DNA of 64,000 nucleotides from Octopus sinensis (GCF_006345805.1 NC_043002.1:61628001-61692000), one strand, 5' to 3'. Numbered from the stretch's first letter, positions 11,838 through 24,785 are shown. Notes: generated from the letters alone by a model not told the origin. Made by a program: numbers and translations.

Positions 11838-12321
11838 GTGTGTGTGTGTGTATGTGTGTGTGTATCAGTGCAGCCAACATCCTACGGATGTTGAGAAAAC
11901 TTAGTATATGTAGCGAAATATCTTATAAAAAACGAAACAACCTTCACTGATGGATGCAACACAACTAACTGTCATATGCCATCTGTAAGGGACAGGTGTT
12001 CAATAGGTTGAGTTAGATATACTCAACAAACACTGCAGAATCCCCGATTTACATCAACTCACAGTTGTATTTTTAGCAACGGATGAAACCAGACAGCGTA
12101 GACGGTATATGTGCTTTAATTGGCATACTGCTAAGCATATACCCAAAGTCGAATTAAGTACTTATGTATATGATTATGCTTAGGCTCAGTGATACTAACA
12201 ACCTTGTGCTAGAAATCACTACACATGCTTCAGAACGAAGCATCAGTCGAGTACGAATCTCTTTTAACAATAAAGTTCAAACCACAAAGGAATAAGCAAT
12301 ATCTCTCTCTCTCTCTCTCTC

Positions 12322-12352
<31 letters not shown>

Positions 12353-12453
12353 TACAAGTTAATCCAAACAAGAAAGCACAAAAAAACACAACAACGCGAG
12401 GGCGTGGAACAAATATAGTATTATTGGACGCGCAGGAAAGAAGAAAGAAGGAG

Positions 12454-12487
12454 GTTTAACGTTTCGAGCGGAGCTCTTCGTCGGAAC
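12454..12487 (-). ncRNA. Hammerhead-like fold with variant core (CCGACGA), probable PLE terminus relic
   Basis: GUU-CCGACGA-A-GAGC-ucc-GCUC-GAA-ACGU-U-AAAC; stem I is weak. Confidence 0.35.
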
Positions 12488-12770
12488 ATAGGAGAAGGAA
12501 AGATCCAGAGAAGGGAAGACAGAGGAAAAAAATCGCCAACGGTACACACGAGGTCATATTTTGAAAGACCGGAAAATAGCGTACATTTAAACGCAAGAGA
12601 AAACTACCTTTAACAGGTAATTTTTACACGCTTGAAGAAGCAGTCAAAACGACTAAAACCGTATTTAAGAGCAATTTTCGAAGGTAATGAAAATAAAAAC
12701 TTTTACCTTGTTATTTTTTACGGTTATACCTCGGTTTCAGATTATTTATATCCATACATACATACATACA

Positions 12771-12856
<86 letters not shown>

Positions 12857-12962
12857 CCTGCTCGCTTAGCCAGCGGGTGCGTCGTTCAAAGGCTAAAACG
12901 ATGCGAACGCATTGTGACCAGCGATGTGTAGCAACATCTGATGGTCTGGTCAGTCACGTGAT

Positions 12963-13011
<49 letters not shown>

Positions 13012-13014
<3 letters not shown>

Positions 13015-13688
13015 CTGTTATCACGAGGTAAATATTTTTAAAATTGTGATGTACATCTTTATTGGACATTGCGACCGAGATTTGAATGATGGAGTATATT
13101 ATAAATCATGAGAATAGACATAGCCATTAACAGTAAAACTGGCACGAACAAATAATGGGGGAAATGCAGCGCATATTCGGTAACAAACATCTCGCATTTA
13201 AAGGAATATCATCAAGTAAGTAGCAGCAAGGCAGACAAGAAGAAAAAAAACATTTCGATGACAGGTTCATAACGTCCAAGTTAGTGGAGATTTAAAATGG
13301 AACAAATGATTTCCCCAGGTGTTCAACTGATATAATCCAGGACGAAAAATTGTTGGAAACAAATGCCATCCTCACGTAAATGAGGGTGGTTAAAATACTT
13401 TTATCTGGAACCAATAATTGTATTGAATAAAATACGCATATGATTCTTGGAAAATTCGTAAATATTGAAATCGTATCTTCAGTAACAAGACATAAGATAT
13501 TTGAACAAATTTATACTGACGCACATTCTTCCTGCACAAGGTTGCAATGGCAACCATTTCTTGATATTTCTGAATGTTAATATCATTGTAAAACCACATC
13601 TTATGGACGTAATGAAGTCGTTCTTTGCGTTATCAAATGCTTGGCTTCTGTTGGTCGTTGTATCCTGTTCCCTTAAGTTCTTTTGCAT
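13012..13688 (-). pseudogene. Degraded paralog of the 4982-5872 GPCR
   Basis: FITSIRCGFTMILTF matches FITSIRCGCIMIFTF. A frameshift then leads to VAIATLCRKNVR (vs TAMATFCRKNMR). DNA similarity continues to the start of TM6 and ends at a (TA)n tract. Multiple frameshifts and stops. Confidence 0.88.
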
Positions 13689-13890
13689 TATACTACTTCC
13701 AGAACACTCTTGGCAAATCCGTGCCGAGTTTTACCTTTTCCTCTGTAACATGTTTCAATTTTTTTCCATATCTCACTTATAGTTGAGTAATATTACTACA
13801 TGAATGATATTGTTATCGCTGACGCTTTCCATATATATTCAGAGAAATAAATAATACATTCATACATATACATATACAATACATATATAC

Positions 13891-13953
<63 letters not shown>

Positions 13954-14644
13954 GCATTTTTGCGTGTGCACATGCACGTGTGTACGTCTGCGGATGTGCA
14001 TGTGTATACGTGTATATACATGAATGTGTATGTGTGTGATACGCGTATACGATGGAATGAAACTTTAGAAGTATCATTCATAGGAGAAAAGAATTTGTAA
14101 AGTGCTTCCTTTATATATTCCCTTTTTAATTTCCCGGAATATGAAACATATCTCTAATATGAAGTTGAATTGCATTCAAATTATTTTTAATTCATCTCAA
14201 CGTAACGTGTCAAGGGGAATTTTAATTGGTTGAAGATATATACAGCTTTATGTTAAAAGCTGTGGTCGGTGACATACATGCTGTCCAGTAACTCCGTTCA
14301 AATCTGGGTACGATGTATAAATGAAAGTAATACAACAGTTTTTTTTCGCATGTTTATATATGGAGAGAAGGAGAGACAGAGGGAGAGACAGGGAAAAAGA
14401 GAGAGAGAAACAGAGAAGGAGAGAGAATGAAATGAAGACAGGAAGAAAAAGAGAATGGCATAGCTTGAGATAAAGTATGGTAGACAGAAAGAGGAGGAGT
14501 GGTAGTAAGAGAATGTGACATAGGGAGGGATACCTTTAACACAATGAAAGATTTCTTTTCATTGGTTCCCGTCTAAAGAACTTGAATTAGACTGGACGAT
14601 ATACGAGTATTTTATATGTATATATATATATATATATATGATGT

Positions 14645-14990
14645 CAACAATTGAGGGTAAAATTAATTAATTATTAATCAATTTCACCAAGTATTCAGTA
14701 TGTAAAGGGACCATTTAAGGCGAATTCAAAATATTACATTTTATAAAGGGCTTAGTAAAATAAATTACTTTGCCACATACTGAACTCATTAGAAATAGCA
14801 GCCAAAACAATTTTTTTAGCCATTTCTAACACTTAAAGAAAATTTCTCTCAGATAGTGTTTACTAGAGTAAACACTATCTGAGAGAAATTTTCTTTTAAG
14901 TATTAGAAATGGCTAAAAATGTTTTTTGGCTGCTATTTCTAATGAGTTCAGTATGTGGCAAAGTAATTTATTTTACTAAGCCCTTTATAA
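14645..14990 (-). mobile_element. Truncated copy of the 556-bp family ending in a ~250-bp palindrome
   Basis: 14645-14864 matches the unit at 7321. Arms 14741-14864 and 14867-14990 are near-perfect inverted repeats with a 2-nt loop. Confidence 0.85.
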
Positions 14991-15019
14991 TATATATATA
15001 TATATATATGTATATATAT

Positions 15020-15260
15020 GGGAATGTTCCTTGTGTTGTTTGTCCTGTGTTCTGTTTTTTCGTTGTTAAAAAAAGTCCGTTCCCTTGTTTTTATGTTTTC
15101 GTTTCTCGTTGAGTTCTACGTCTAACTGTGGTGTCCTGTACTCACACATATATATATTTATATATGCATGTATATATACATGTAGATGTATGTACGTACA
15201 TATATGTATGTATGTATGTATGCATATATTTTATTTATTACATTATTGTATGACTGAGCG
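15020..15260 (+). repeat. Partial diverged copy of the 42.8/43.6-kb repeat family
   Basis: gggaatgttccttgtgttgtttgtcctg...tatacatgtagatgtatgtacgtacatat matches the 3' part of 43160-43375. Confidence 0.7.
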
Positions 15261-15382
15261 CCCTCGCGTCGTTTCGTTTCGTTTTTTTTACTTTTTCCCA
15301 GAGCTTCTATATATATATATTATATATATATATTATATATATATATATATATATTAAATATTATATATTTGAATATACATAT

Positions 15383-15416
<34 letters not shown>

Positions 15417-15433
15417 ATGTGTGTGTTATGTAT

Positions 15434-15467
<34 letters not shown>

Positions 15468-15468
15468 A

Positions 15469-15833
15469 TACTAGCAGTATCGCCCGGCGTTGCTCGGGTT
15501 TGTAAGGGAAATAACTATAAGCATTTTTAGAGAGTTATAGCCAAAAATGGAAAAAAAATGATGGTAATTTTTTTTTAGTTAAAAAGGTTGAGTTGCGTCC
15601 CCTAGACAGTCTATGGTTTGTGTTCTGATTCTCGACCCCATGTCGAATTTATCGATTTTTTTCAGAACTGGGGGAACTTTTCAAAATTTTCGCTGTGTTA
15701 GTTTTGAATTATGACATTGGCTATGTTGTGGTCAAGTTTCATCAAATCAGTTGAAAGCCGTGGTCAGGGTGAGAGTACAAGCTACAGACACACAGAAACA
15801 CACACAGACAAACTGCCGTTTATATATAGAGAT
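15469..15833 (+). mobile_element. Helentron/DINE-1-like non-autonomous element
   Basis: Starts tactagcagtatcgcccggcgttgctcggg (5' subterminal hairpin) and ends acacacagacaaactgccgtttatatatagagat. This architecture is typical of HINE/DINE elements. Confidence 0.55.
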
Positions 15834-15848
15834 ATATGTATATATATA

Positions 15849-15904
<56 letters not shown>

Positions 15905-15905
15905 T

Positions 15906-15955
<50 letters not shown>

Positions 15956-16099
15956 TATGTATGTATTATATTAATTAGAGATAGAACCACTATTAGGCAA
16001 ATCAAACAGTGAAAATCATAAACCAATACATAGAAATAAAATTAATTAATAAAAAATATATAAAATATGTATATCAAATATGTATATGTATATGTGTAT

Positions 16100-16690
16100 A
16101 TAGGCGCAAGCGTGTCTGCGTGACTGCGTGGTAAGAAGCTTGCCTGCCTTAATTACATTATTGCTGGTGCGGACGCACTTTGTGGGACCTTGGGCAGGTG
16201 GCTTCTACTATATCCTCGTGTGGTCCAAAGCTTTGTATTTGGTGGATGATACGGGAAGAATCCCGCTGTGCATATATATATATATATATAGTTGAAATTT
16301 ATAGAAAAACAAAAGGACGAAGACAGGTGTAGGAACAACAAGCAAGTGTATTAGTTTGACGCTCGGGAAGAATGAAAAAGTCTTTTACGTTTCGAGCCAA
16401 CGCTCTTAAACAGAAAGGAAGAAACAAAAATAAAGAGAAAGAATGAAAAATACTTGTAGATTTCAGCAGTCCAGCATGGCGCATAAGTATGTTTGTTTGT
16501 TTGCCTGTGTGTGTGACCCCACCATCGCTTGACAGCCGATGTTGGTGTGTTTACGTCCCCATAACTTAGTGGTTCGGAAGAAGAAACCGACCAAATGAGT
16601 ACGCGTCTTACAAAGAATAAGTCCTGGGCTGATTTGTTCGAATGAAGAAGCTGCTCCATCATGGCCGCAGTCAAATGCCTGAAACAAATA
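16100..16690 (+). mobile_element. SINE family A interrupted by another repeat (head 16100-16270, tail 16470-16690)
   Basis: Head aggcgcaagcgtg...gtggtaagaagcttg; tail ...catggccgcagtcaaatgcctgaaac. Confidence 0.75.
16382..16417 (-). ncRNA. Hammerhead-like fold with mutated core, probable PLE terminus relic
   Basis: CUUU-CUGUUUA-A-GAGC-guug-GCUC-GAA-ACGU-A-AAAG. Stems I, II and III fit, but the core deviates at two positions. Confidence 0.4.
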
Positions 16691-16789
16691 TGAAAATATT
16701 TATATAGAAAGAGAGACAGAAGGAGAGAGAGAGAGAGAGACTGAAACTGAGGACAGATATATATATATATATATATAGGTAGATAGAGA

Positions 16790-16792
16790 GAT

Positions 16793-16886
<94 letters not shown>

Positions 16887-16887
16887 T
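16790..16887. repeat. (TAGA)n microsatellite
   Basis: Direct observation. Confidence 0.95.
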
Positions 16888-18917
16888 GAGAGAGAGCGGG
16901 AGAAAGAGCGAACGATAAATAAAGATGTGAACGTGTTGTGTTATCTGTAAGATGATGTGGTGCACACATGAAGCATAGCTGAAACTTGAGCTGTGTAAAC
17001 ATATATAATTGTTTGTCACAAACGTGTGCTTGCTAATACGAAATGCGTCTTACAAAATGATTATTGCCAAGTGTTTGTCAAACAGTGCTGTCTGTAATAT
17101 TGTAGAGATCAGTTAGTCATAAAGACAACGACTTTTACGATTTATATCAGCATTTACTTTGTTGATAAGCAACCAAGATTTACCCATCTACAGCTCACCT
17201 TCTTTCCCCTTCTTTCCCCTTCTAACCTATTTAGACCGAGACACGCAGTGATATAAATCACTAATATTCATATCACTGACAATAAAAACTTTTTACACAT
17301 CAGGCAATTTGTTTCAGACTTGACGAAAGTCTATAAATCTGTAATATTTGCGAATTGACATGTTAAGTACTTTGTTTCAAGATGTCGGTGCATTAGCGAT
17401 AATGTTTCTATCATGTGGTATATCTTCATTGTATTTGCGGACATTGTTCTTATTCTATGTCTTCTCAAGCTCTGATTTACTGTTCATAAACAAAAGAATA
17501 AAGTTGCTTTTTTTTTTCATAAGCTATTCTTTTTTTCTCCAGCACTACGTATAGAATATACGGTCTAAAAGGTTCTAATCAATACTATGGCACTACTTTT
17601 AGCATACATTAGGGATAAAACGAACAACCTTGTGTATAGGACCTGAGTGCATTACATAGAAGCAAACCTAATATATGTACAATATGCAATGTGTTGAGGA
17701 CGGCGAGCTGGCAGAAACGTTACCACGCCAAACGAATTATAAACTGCCGGAAGTTGTTGTTGACAAACAACAGCAGTAATTCTATTCAGCTGAATACACG
17801 TCATTGATCGGTTGAAATTACCGAAATACGACAATTTTCACACGAAATAACTTCGAAGATAGAATAAAAGATGTTTTATATGACACATTAAACCATTATC
17901 CGAAGTTTCAAAGTGTTTAGTTAAAGGAAATTAACTAATCAAGCTGCCCATGAAAAGGAAAAGATCCAAAATTGTTGATAGCATAATTGATTCGAAGAAA
18001 AATATTTTTTTCCTCTGAAACGTAAATTATCACTCTTCTTATTGTATTGTACTTGTTATTTGAATAATTAAATCTGATTTACCAAACGTAAAAAGAGGAC
18101 CACTCTTTACTCACTTTAGAGAACAAGATTTAGCTGATCCCGCATTTTTTAGTTTACAAATCAATACCATTTGCAAGTATATTTGTTGTTTTCTTATTGA
18201 AATACAGATCAGGCTGGATATTTTCAGAGATATTCTCAGCACATGGATTATTTCACATAACAAAGCTTATTTCTGATGAAATAATTATTTTGGGTACCTT
18301 CGATATACGTCTGTCTGTATGTTTATGTAATCATGTGCTTTTACAGCATCCTCGTCAATTATATGCTAATGTATACTAACACCTGCATCATGCATAATTT
18401 AGTTGCCGATTCTTTAAAGTCTCTATTAGATTTATGCATTGTCTGAAGAAAGATACGCTCGTAACAACCACGTTTTATTTCCAATGAGATCAGATCAGTA
18501 ATATTTAATATAATCTAAACTTAAATGTATTGCAAGTAATCTGCAAATATACATATCTTATCCGTTTTCTCTTTCTTCGTCGCCGTCTCTTCGATGTTAA
18601 ATAATAAATACCGCTTGCGTCGGTATACAACAAGTTCGACAAAAGCATCGTAAAACTGAAAACTTTTACAACGGGCTTAACAAAATATAAAATACCCTAC
18701 GTGGACTTACGGTATACTGGACCTATCCATGCAAACGAGTGACAGGTTTCTTCAGACTAAAATCGAATGTCTTTTTTTCTTTTTTTTTGTATCAAATCAG
18801 ATACATTCCAGCATCAATTGAAATATGAATTTCATGGAAAACATATATGACAGTAACGATGTAGGGGGTAAATAATGCTTACACCCTGCAACACTCGAGA
18901 GCACCATAGTGTTCTCC

Positions 18918-18992
18918 TACTCCTCCTCCTCCCCTTCTTCTTCTTCCTCTTCTTCTTCTTCTTCCTCTTCTTCTTCTTCTTCCTCTTCTTCT

Positions 18993-19024
<32 letters not shown>

Positions 19025-19100
19025 TTCTTCTCCTCCATCTTCTTCTTCATCTCTTCTCCTCCTCCTCCTCCTCCTCCTTCTTCTTCTTCTTCGTCTTCTA
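18918..19100. repeat. (CTT/CTC)n microsatellite
   Basis: Direct observation. Confidence 0.95.
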
Positions 19101-19124
19101 CTTATTATTATTATTATTATTATT

Positions 19125-22100
19125 CAGTAGTTTTATTTTTATAGCGTGCTTTCACTTCACTACCGAGCGCAGCTCTGTGTGCCTTGGGTATGTGCTGTGA
19201 TTTGTTCTGATGCTCTGATGGTTATTGTATGGAAAGTGTTCTGCGTAGGATGTGTGCAGTGCCTAGTAGTGCAATTTTCTGTATGTTATATGTGTTTGTA
19301 AGTCCTGGTGTTTTTGTTATGTATTTGTCTGAATATTTTTCTATCATGCCTAATGCAACTACTATGATAGGAATTGTTTCTGTTTTTAGATTCCACATTC
19401 TGGTTACCTCTATTTCCAGGTCTTTGTATTTTGAAAGTTTCTCCATTTTTTTTTTTTTTTTTTAGAGACACGTTGTCATCTGCCGGTATTGATACATCAA
19501 TTAGAAAGCATTTTTTTTCTTCATGATCTCTGACAACTATATCTGGTCTGTTGGCCTTAATTTCTCTATCTGTGTGTATCGGCATATCCCAGAGTATGGT
19601 TGCTTTCTCGTTTTCTGTGACCTTTTCTGGTGTGTGCCTATACCATCTTTTTTCTGTTGTTATTCCATAATGTTGGCATAGCTTCCAATGTATGTAGGTT
19701 CCAACTCTGTCATGTCTGTGACAGGACTGGGCAGCTAGAGATAATATGATTTATTGTTTCTTGTCCATCTCCACATATTCTGCAGTTACTTGTAATATTT
19801 CTTTTCATTACATGTTTTTGGTAATTTCTGGTGGGGAGGCTTTGGTCTTGTGCTGCAATTAAAAATCCCTCTGTTTCTGCTTTGAGTCCTGAGCTTCTCA
19901 ACCATTGCTGGGATTTTTCTTTGTCTATTTCTTTTGCGTTTAGTTTAGTGCAGTATTTACCATGAAGGGGCTTTTCTTGCCATCGTTTTATCATGGCTCG
20001 TTGCTGTTCTATTTTTAGTTTGGATTTCATTTGTTTTATAGCTTTTGTTGTTTCTTCATCATCTCTTCTTCTTCTTTGTGTTTATTAGGTGGTATGATTT
20101 CTTGTTTGTATTTGTCAGCTTCCTTAAATACTGAGAACAGTTTTTTGTTTTGCTCGTGTTTTGCTGCTATCTGGATCAGTTTTCCTTCCTTCTGAAGTAG
20201 GTATTTTTGCAGTCCTATGGTGGTTATTTTATAGTAGTTTTCCAGCTGTATAAGGCCTCTACCACCTTCTATACGTTGTATATATAATCTTTCTATGTCA
20301 GATTTTGGGTGATGCATCCTAGATCCTGTCAGTATTTTTCTTGTTTTCCTATCTATTTTGGACAGTTCATTTCGTGTCCAGTTAAGGATATTGCAGCTGT
20401 AACTTATAACTGGGACAGCTAAAGTGTTGATACCTATGATCTTGTTTTTAGCATTGAGCTCTGTTTTTAGTATTGATCTAACTCGTCTATAATATTCTTT
20501 TTTTATTTTCTCTTTCATTTGTGTGTGTTGTGTCTTATCTAGTTCATGGATTCCTAAGTATTTGTAAGTTTGGCTTTGGTCTAATTCTTTTATTTCATTG
20601 GTTTTATCTAGTGTGATGGTGTTACTCTTAACTAGTTTTCCTCTTTTCATGGTTACTTTGGCGCATTTTTCTAATCCAAATTTCGTATCTATTTCTTTGG
20701 TAAATCCATGAACTGTCTTTAATAGTGTTTCCAGCTGTTTGTCATTTGCAGCGTATAGTTTTAGGTCATCCATATATAAAAGGTGGCTGATCGTTTTGCC
20801 GTAACATAGCATCCAGTTCTATTTAGCATATCAGATAGAGGTGACAGTGCCAAGCAGAAAAGGAGTGGAGAGAGCGTGTCTCCCTGGAATATTCCTCTTC
20901 TAATGGGGATGGCTTTGGTTTTCATGAGTCCCTCTTTTGTTTGGAGGTGTAGGACTGTTTGCCATTTATTCATAGAGTGCTCTATGAATTTTATGATTGT
21001 TGGTGCTACTTTGTTAATGGCTAGTGTTTCGAGGATCCATGTGTGGGGGATGCTATCAAACGCCTTTTTGTAGTCAATCCAGCCATACTGAGGCCTTTCT
21101 TCTTTCTGTGGCTGTCTTCAGTTACGGCTTTATTAATCATTAGTTGATCTTTACAGCCATATGAGCCCTTGCGGCATCCTTTCTGCTCTTCTGGGAACAG
21201 TTTGTTTTCGTCCAGGTGCTTGTTCAGCCTTTGCGATATCACTGCAGTAAATGCCTTGAACATAGTAGGGAGGCAGGTTATTGGTCTGTAGTTTTCTGGT
21301 TTTGTTGTTTCATTTGATTTGGGAATTAAGATGGTTTTCCCCTTCGTGAGCCATTCAGGTATTGTCTCTGGCTCTGCTAGTATGCTGTTAAAGTTTTCAG
21401 CCAGCTTTTTGTGCATTCCTGTTAGATATTTCAACCAGAAGTTGGGGATCTTGTCATGCCCAGGTGCCTTCCAGTTGCTTAGTTTTTGCAGTGCCTGGGT
21501 GACCTCTTCAGTTGTTATGGGGGTCCAAAGTTGTTCAGATGCCGAGTTTGTTATTTTCATACTCCTTTTTTTTGGCTGTTCGTTCGCCGACCATATTTCT
21601 TTCCAGAATTCTTCCAATTTTTCTGCCGTTGGTGCTGCAGTAACTTCTATTTTATTTTTGCCCAGTTCTTGGTAGAACTTTTTGGGATCGGAGTTGAACT
21701 TTCTGTTCTGTTCAAAGAAGCGTTGGCGTTTCTCGTACCGGCGGATCCATTGAGCTTTGGCAAGGATATCTTGCTTCAGCTTTTCTTTTATCTCCGGCAA
21801 ATCTTTTTCTGTGATGTTATATTTGCGGAGCATTTTTGTTCTCTTTTTGTTGCTCAGTAGCGTTGCTTGTTTGCTGATTTCATTAAGAATCGACAGGTCT
21901 TTTCTAATTTTTTTTATTTTGTTTTGGATGTTATTTATCCACAGGGTTTGTTTGGGTGGTGGTACTCCTGTTTGGGCGGGTTTGGGTGAGTATCCAGCTT
22001 CTTCTGTGGCTGCAGTGGCTGCTGCGTATATCAAGTCATTTAGTTCAGTGATATCACTTTTTTTTGTTTCAGTGGCTAGTTCAGTGACGGCTAGGTTTAT

Positions 22101-23096
22101 GTTGTTTATAATTGGTGTTGTTATTGCGTTTCTTTTGATTCTTGGGAGGTATGGTCGGTGGTCCATTTTGAGCTCTGTGATTTTTAGTTCTTTGATTATT
22201 TTATTTTTTATATTATCATAATCATTAGGCTCCCCTTCGTTGTTTACATCGTGTTTGTTGGGAATGTTGCGTTTGTCTTCGTGTTTTACAGTTTCAGTGT
22301 TTATATTATTGGGCATTGTTGTGTGGCTTCTATCTACATTTTCCTGGTGTATTTTTTCTTTTAAATGTTCTATTTCTATTTCTGAAATTTTTTTGGCTTT
22401 GAGAATGTATCTTCGTACGTTAGCTAATTTATTAGGGTTCATTGCTGTATCCAAGTCTATATCTCTATTATTTTCCTTCCATATTTTATATGTATGTGTT
22501 GTTGTATTTTCATTTTGTGGGTAGAGCATTGCTGTGAAGTATGCGTGTAAGATAGAAATGTATTCCTCACGTGTCCATTTACGTCTTTTGGGTTTTAATT
22601 GCGGGACATGAGGTACAACGTCCGGCCCATTATTTTTACGGTCGTCATTTTCGTAGGGTACCGGTCCGTTTATTTCTGTTGTCACATTATTTCGCACGTG
22701 TAGCTTTTCGTACATTTTTTGTTGTAGGTTTAATGTACGTACCGCTCGATTGTTATTCTTGGGTTGAATAGTATCGGTGGCATTTAATTTCTTCGTAGTT
22801 CCTTTGTACATGGTGTTTGAGGTCGGGGATGATCGTGTTGTTCCACGCATGTTTACATGTGTTGTGTTAGAGGTGGAGATAATATCGAGTCAAAATACAT
22901 CATTTCGTTTCGAAAATAGTAATAAATTTCAATTCGTATTACTTACTCGGATATAGTCCAATTCTTTGTTAGTAAATCTCTGGCTCCATAGGGTGTCCTT
23001 GTTTTCGATGTTTGTGGATAGATTTCGGAGCTCTGTATTTTCCTTCTTACATCTTAAACGTCCCCGGTGTCTTCTCTCTTAAACGTCCCCGGTGTC

Positions 23097-23098
<2 letters not shown>
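19125..23098 (-). mobile_element. Full-length R4/Dong-type non-LTR retrotransposon (RT + CCHC + restriction-like endonuclease), frameshifted
   Basis: ORF pieces at 21021-22850, 20761-20973, 20036-20812, 19710-20030, 19286-19585 and 19222-19446. Motifs: RRKWTREE, NYRPITCL, EEQKGCR, WIDYKKAFDSIPH, GIFQGDTLSPLLF, YMDDLKL, YKYLG, CRICGDGQETINHIISSC, RPDIVV..FLIDVS..K..KY. Both flanks are (AAT)n on the element strand. Confidence 0.93.
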
Positions 23099-23153
<55 letters not shown>

Positions 23154-24748
23154 TATCTTCATTTTTATACATTGTTCATCTCTTGAATGCGCTGAGAGTA
23201 AACGTTTTATTTTTCGCTCCCTCTGCACACACATACCCTCATATATATATATATATATATAGGTGCGTGTGAGTGTGTGTGTGTATATTTGTATATATAT
23301 ATACATATATACATGTATATACATACATATATATATGTGTGTCACGTGATCACCTGATACATATATAGATGTACATATAGAAGTATATAAGTATGTATCA
23401 CGTGATCACATGATATATATATATGTACATATGTACATCTATATATATATATATTTGCGTGTAAGTATATACACAACCACCCGCACGCGCGCACACACAC
23501 GCTCACACACACATACACATATCATTTTGCTTCGTTACACATAGCGTTTTATTTCAGTTCCTCTTCTAGTTATGCATTCACATAAATTGATACATTCACA
23601 CGATTCTTTATCATATACAATCCTTGTTTGTTGATATGTATTTATTTCTTATTTATATTTCTTGATATCTTCGCAATTAAGCACTTTGATTTTCCTTGGC
23701 TTCCAGTAAGAAATCCATGGAAGTGCTTTGTGTTTTTTTTAATATTTTACGTTATTTTTCAATTTCATTACTTTTATTTTTCAATAATCGCAAACTACAA
23801 ACGATTTCATTTATAAATCTGAATGACGTTTAGAAATATAAATAAATTCCCTGAAAAAAAAAACATATATACACACATAAATATTCACACATTCATACAC
23901 CACACGCACACATACACTCAATTAAACACATAACTATACACACATACGCATATGTATATGCATATATATGTGTTATATATAACATATATAAAGTGTTTCT
24001 ATAAATTATATATCATACATAATATATAAATATATATACATACATGTATTCACACAACTGCATGTGTATGGGTGCATTAATGTATCTATCTACGCATGTA
24101 GAAACGTGAATGGATCTATCGTTATATTTCTACAGACATATTTCAATTCATGTAGAGTATACTCATTAAGAGTTATGGATGCTGCAGGATTTAATGCATA
24201 CGTTTATGAAGATGTGATTTTATGGTGATATGATTACAAATATATATTATTTGTCCCTAAATTGATGTATATCTTTGCAACATCATATTGTTGCTTAAAA
24301 GATAGTCATTTCTGTATATCTTTCAGGATTTATATATCGATACATTTTAAAAAACATACTGTGGAGAATCTAACATGGACAGCATTGTAAACTGTAGCGA
24401 ATATGTTCATTTGAATGACAAGTATTAATCCTTACATTGATTTAATCCCTACATAAATTAAATTGTAATGCATTGATTCCTTTGTAAACAATAATTCGTT
24501 GTAAACAATAAGAAGAAATTTCCTTGAAATTCTATTTCATGAAACTATTTGCAGCACAAGGAATGATCTTGCATCTTGAGAATATCTGAATGTACGTATT
24601 GCGAAATTTTGAATTCCAACCAATATCTAAATGACGAAACTGTCATGGGTTGAATATTATCGTTCAGTATTGGCTTTAACAGAAGTTTTTTGATGGATTA
24701 AGAAATGTAAATATCATTCATTCATATATGTGTGCGTATGAATGTATG

Positions 24749-24785
<37 letters not shown>

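Noticed and set aside
11950-12100. Plus-strand GQVFNRL..IY..QLY resembling the Helitron helicase C-terminus
   Set aside because: Too few matching residues across frameshifts and stops to support.
21319-22771. Plus-strand ORFs of 66-154 aa overlapping the LINE
   Set aside because: Antisense shadows of the retrotransposon ORF.
24310-24430. Good splice acceptor (tttctgtatatctttcag|G) at about 24327
   Set aside because: All three downstream frames close quickly, and no partner exon or gene could be supported from sequence alone.
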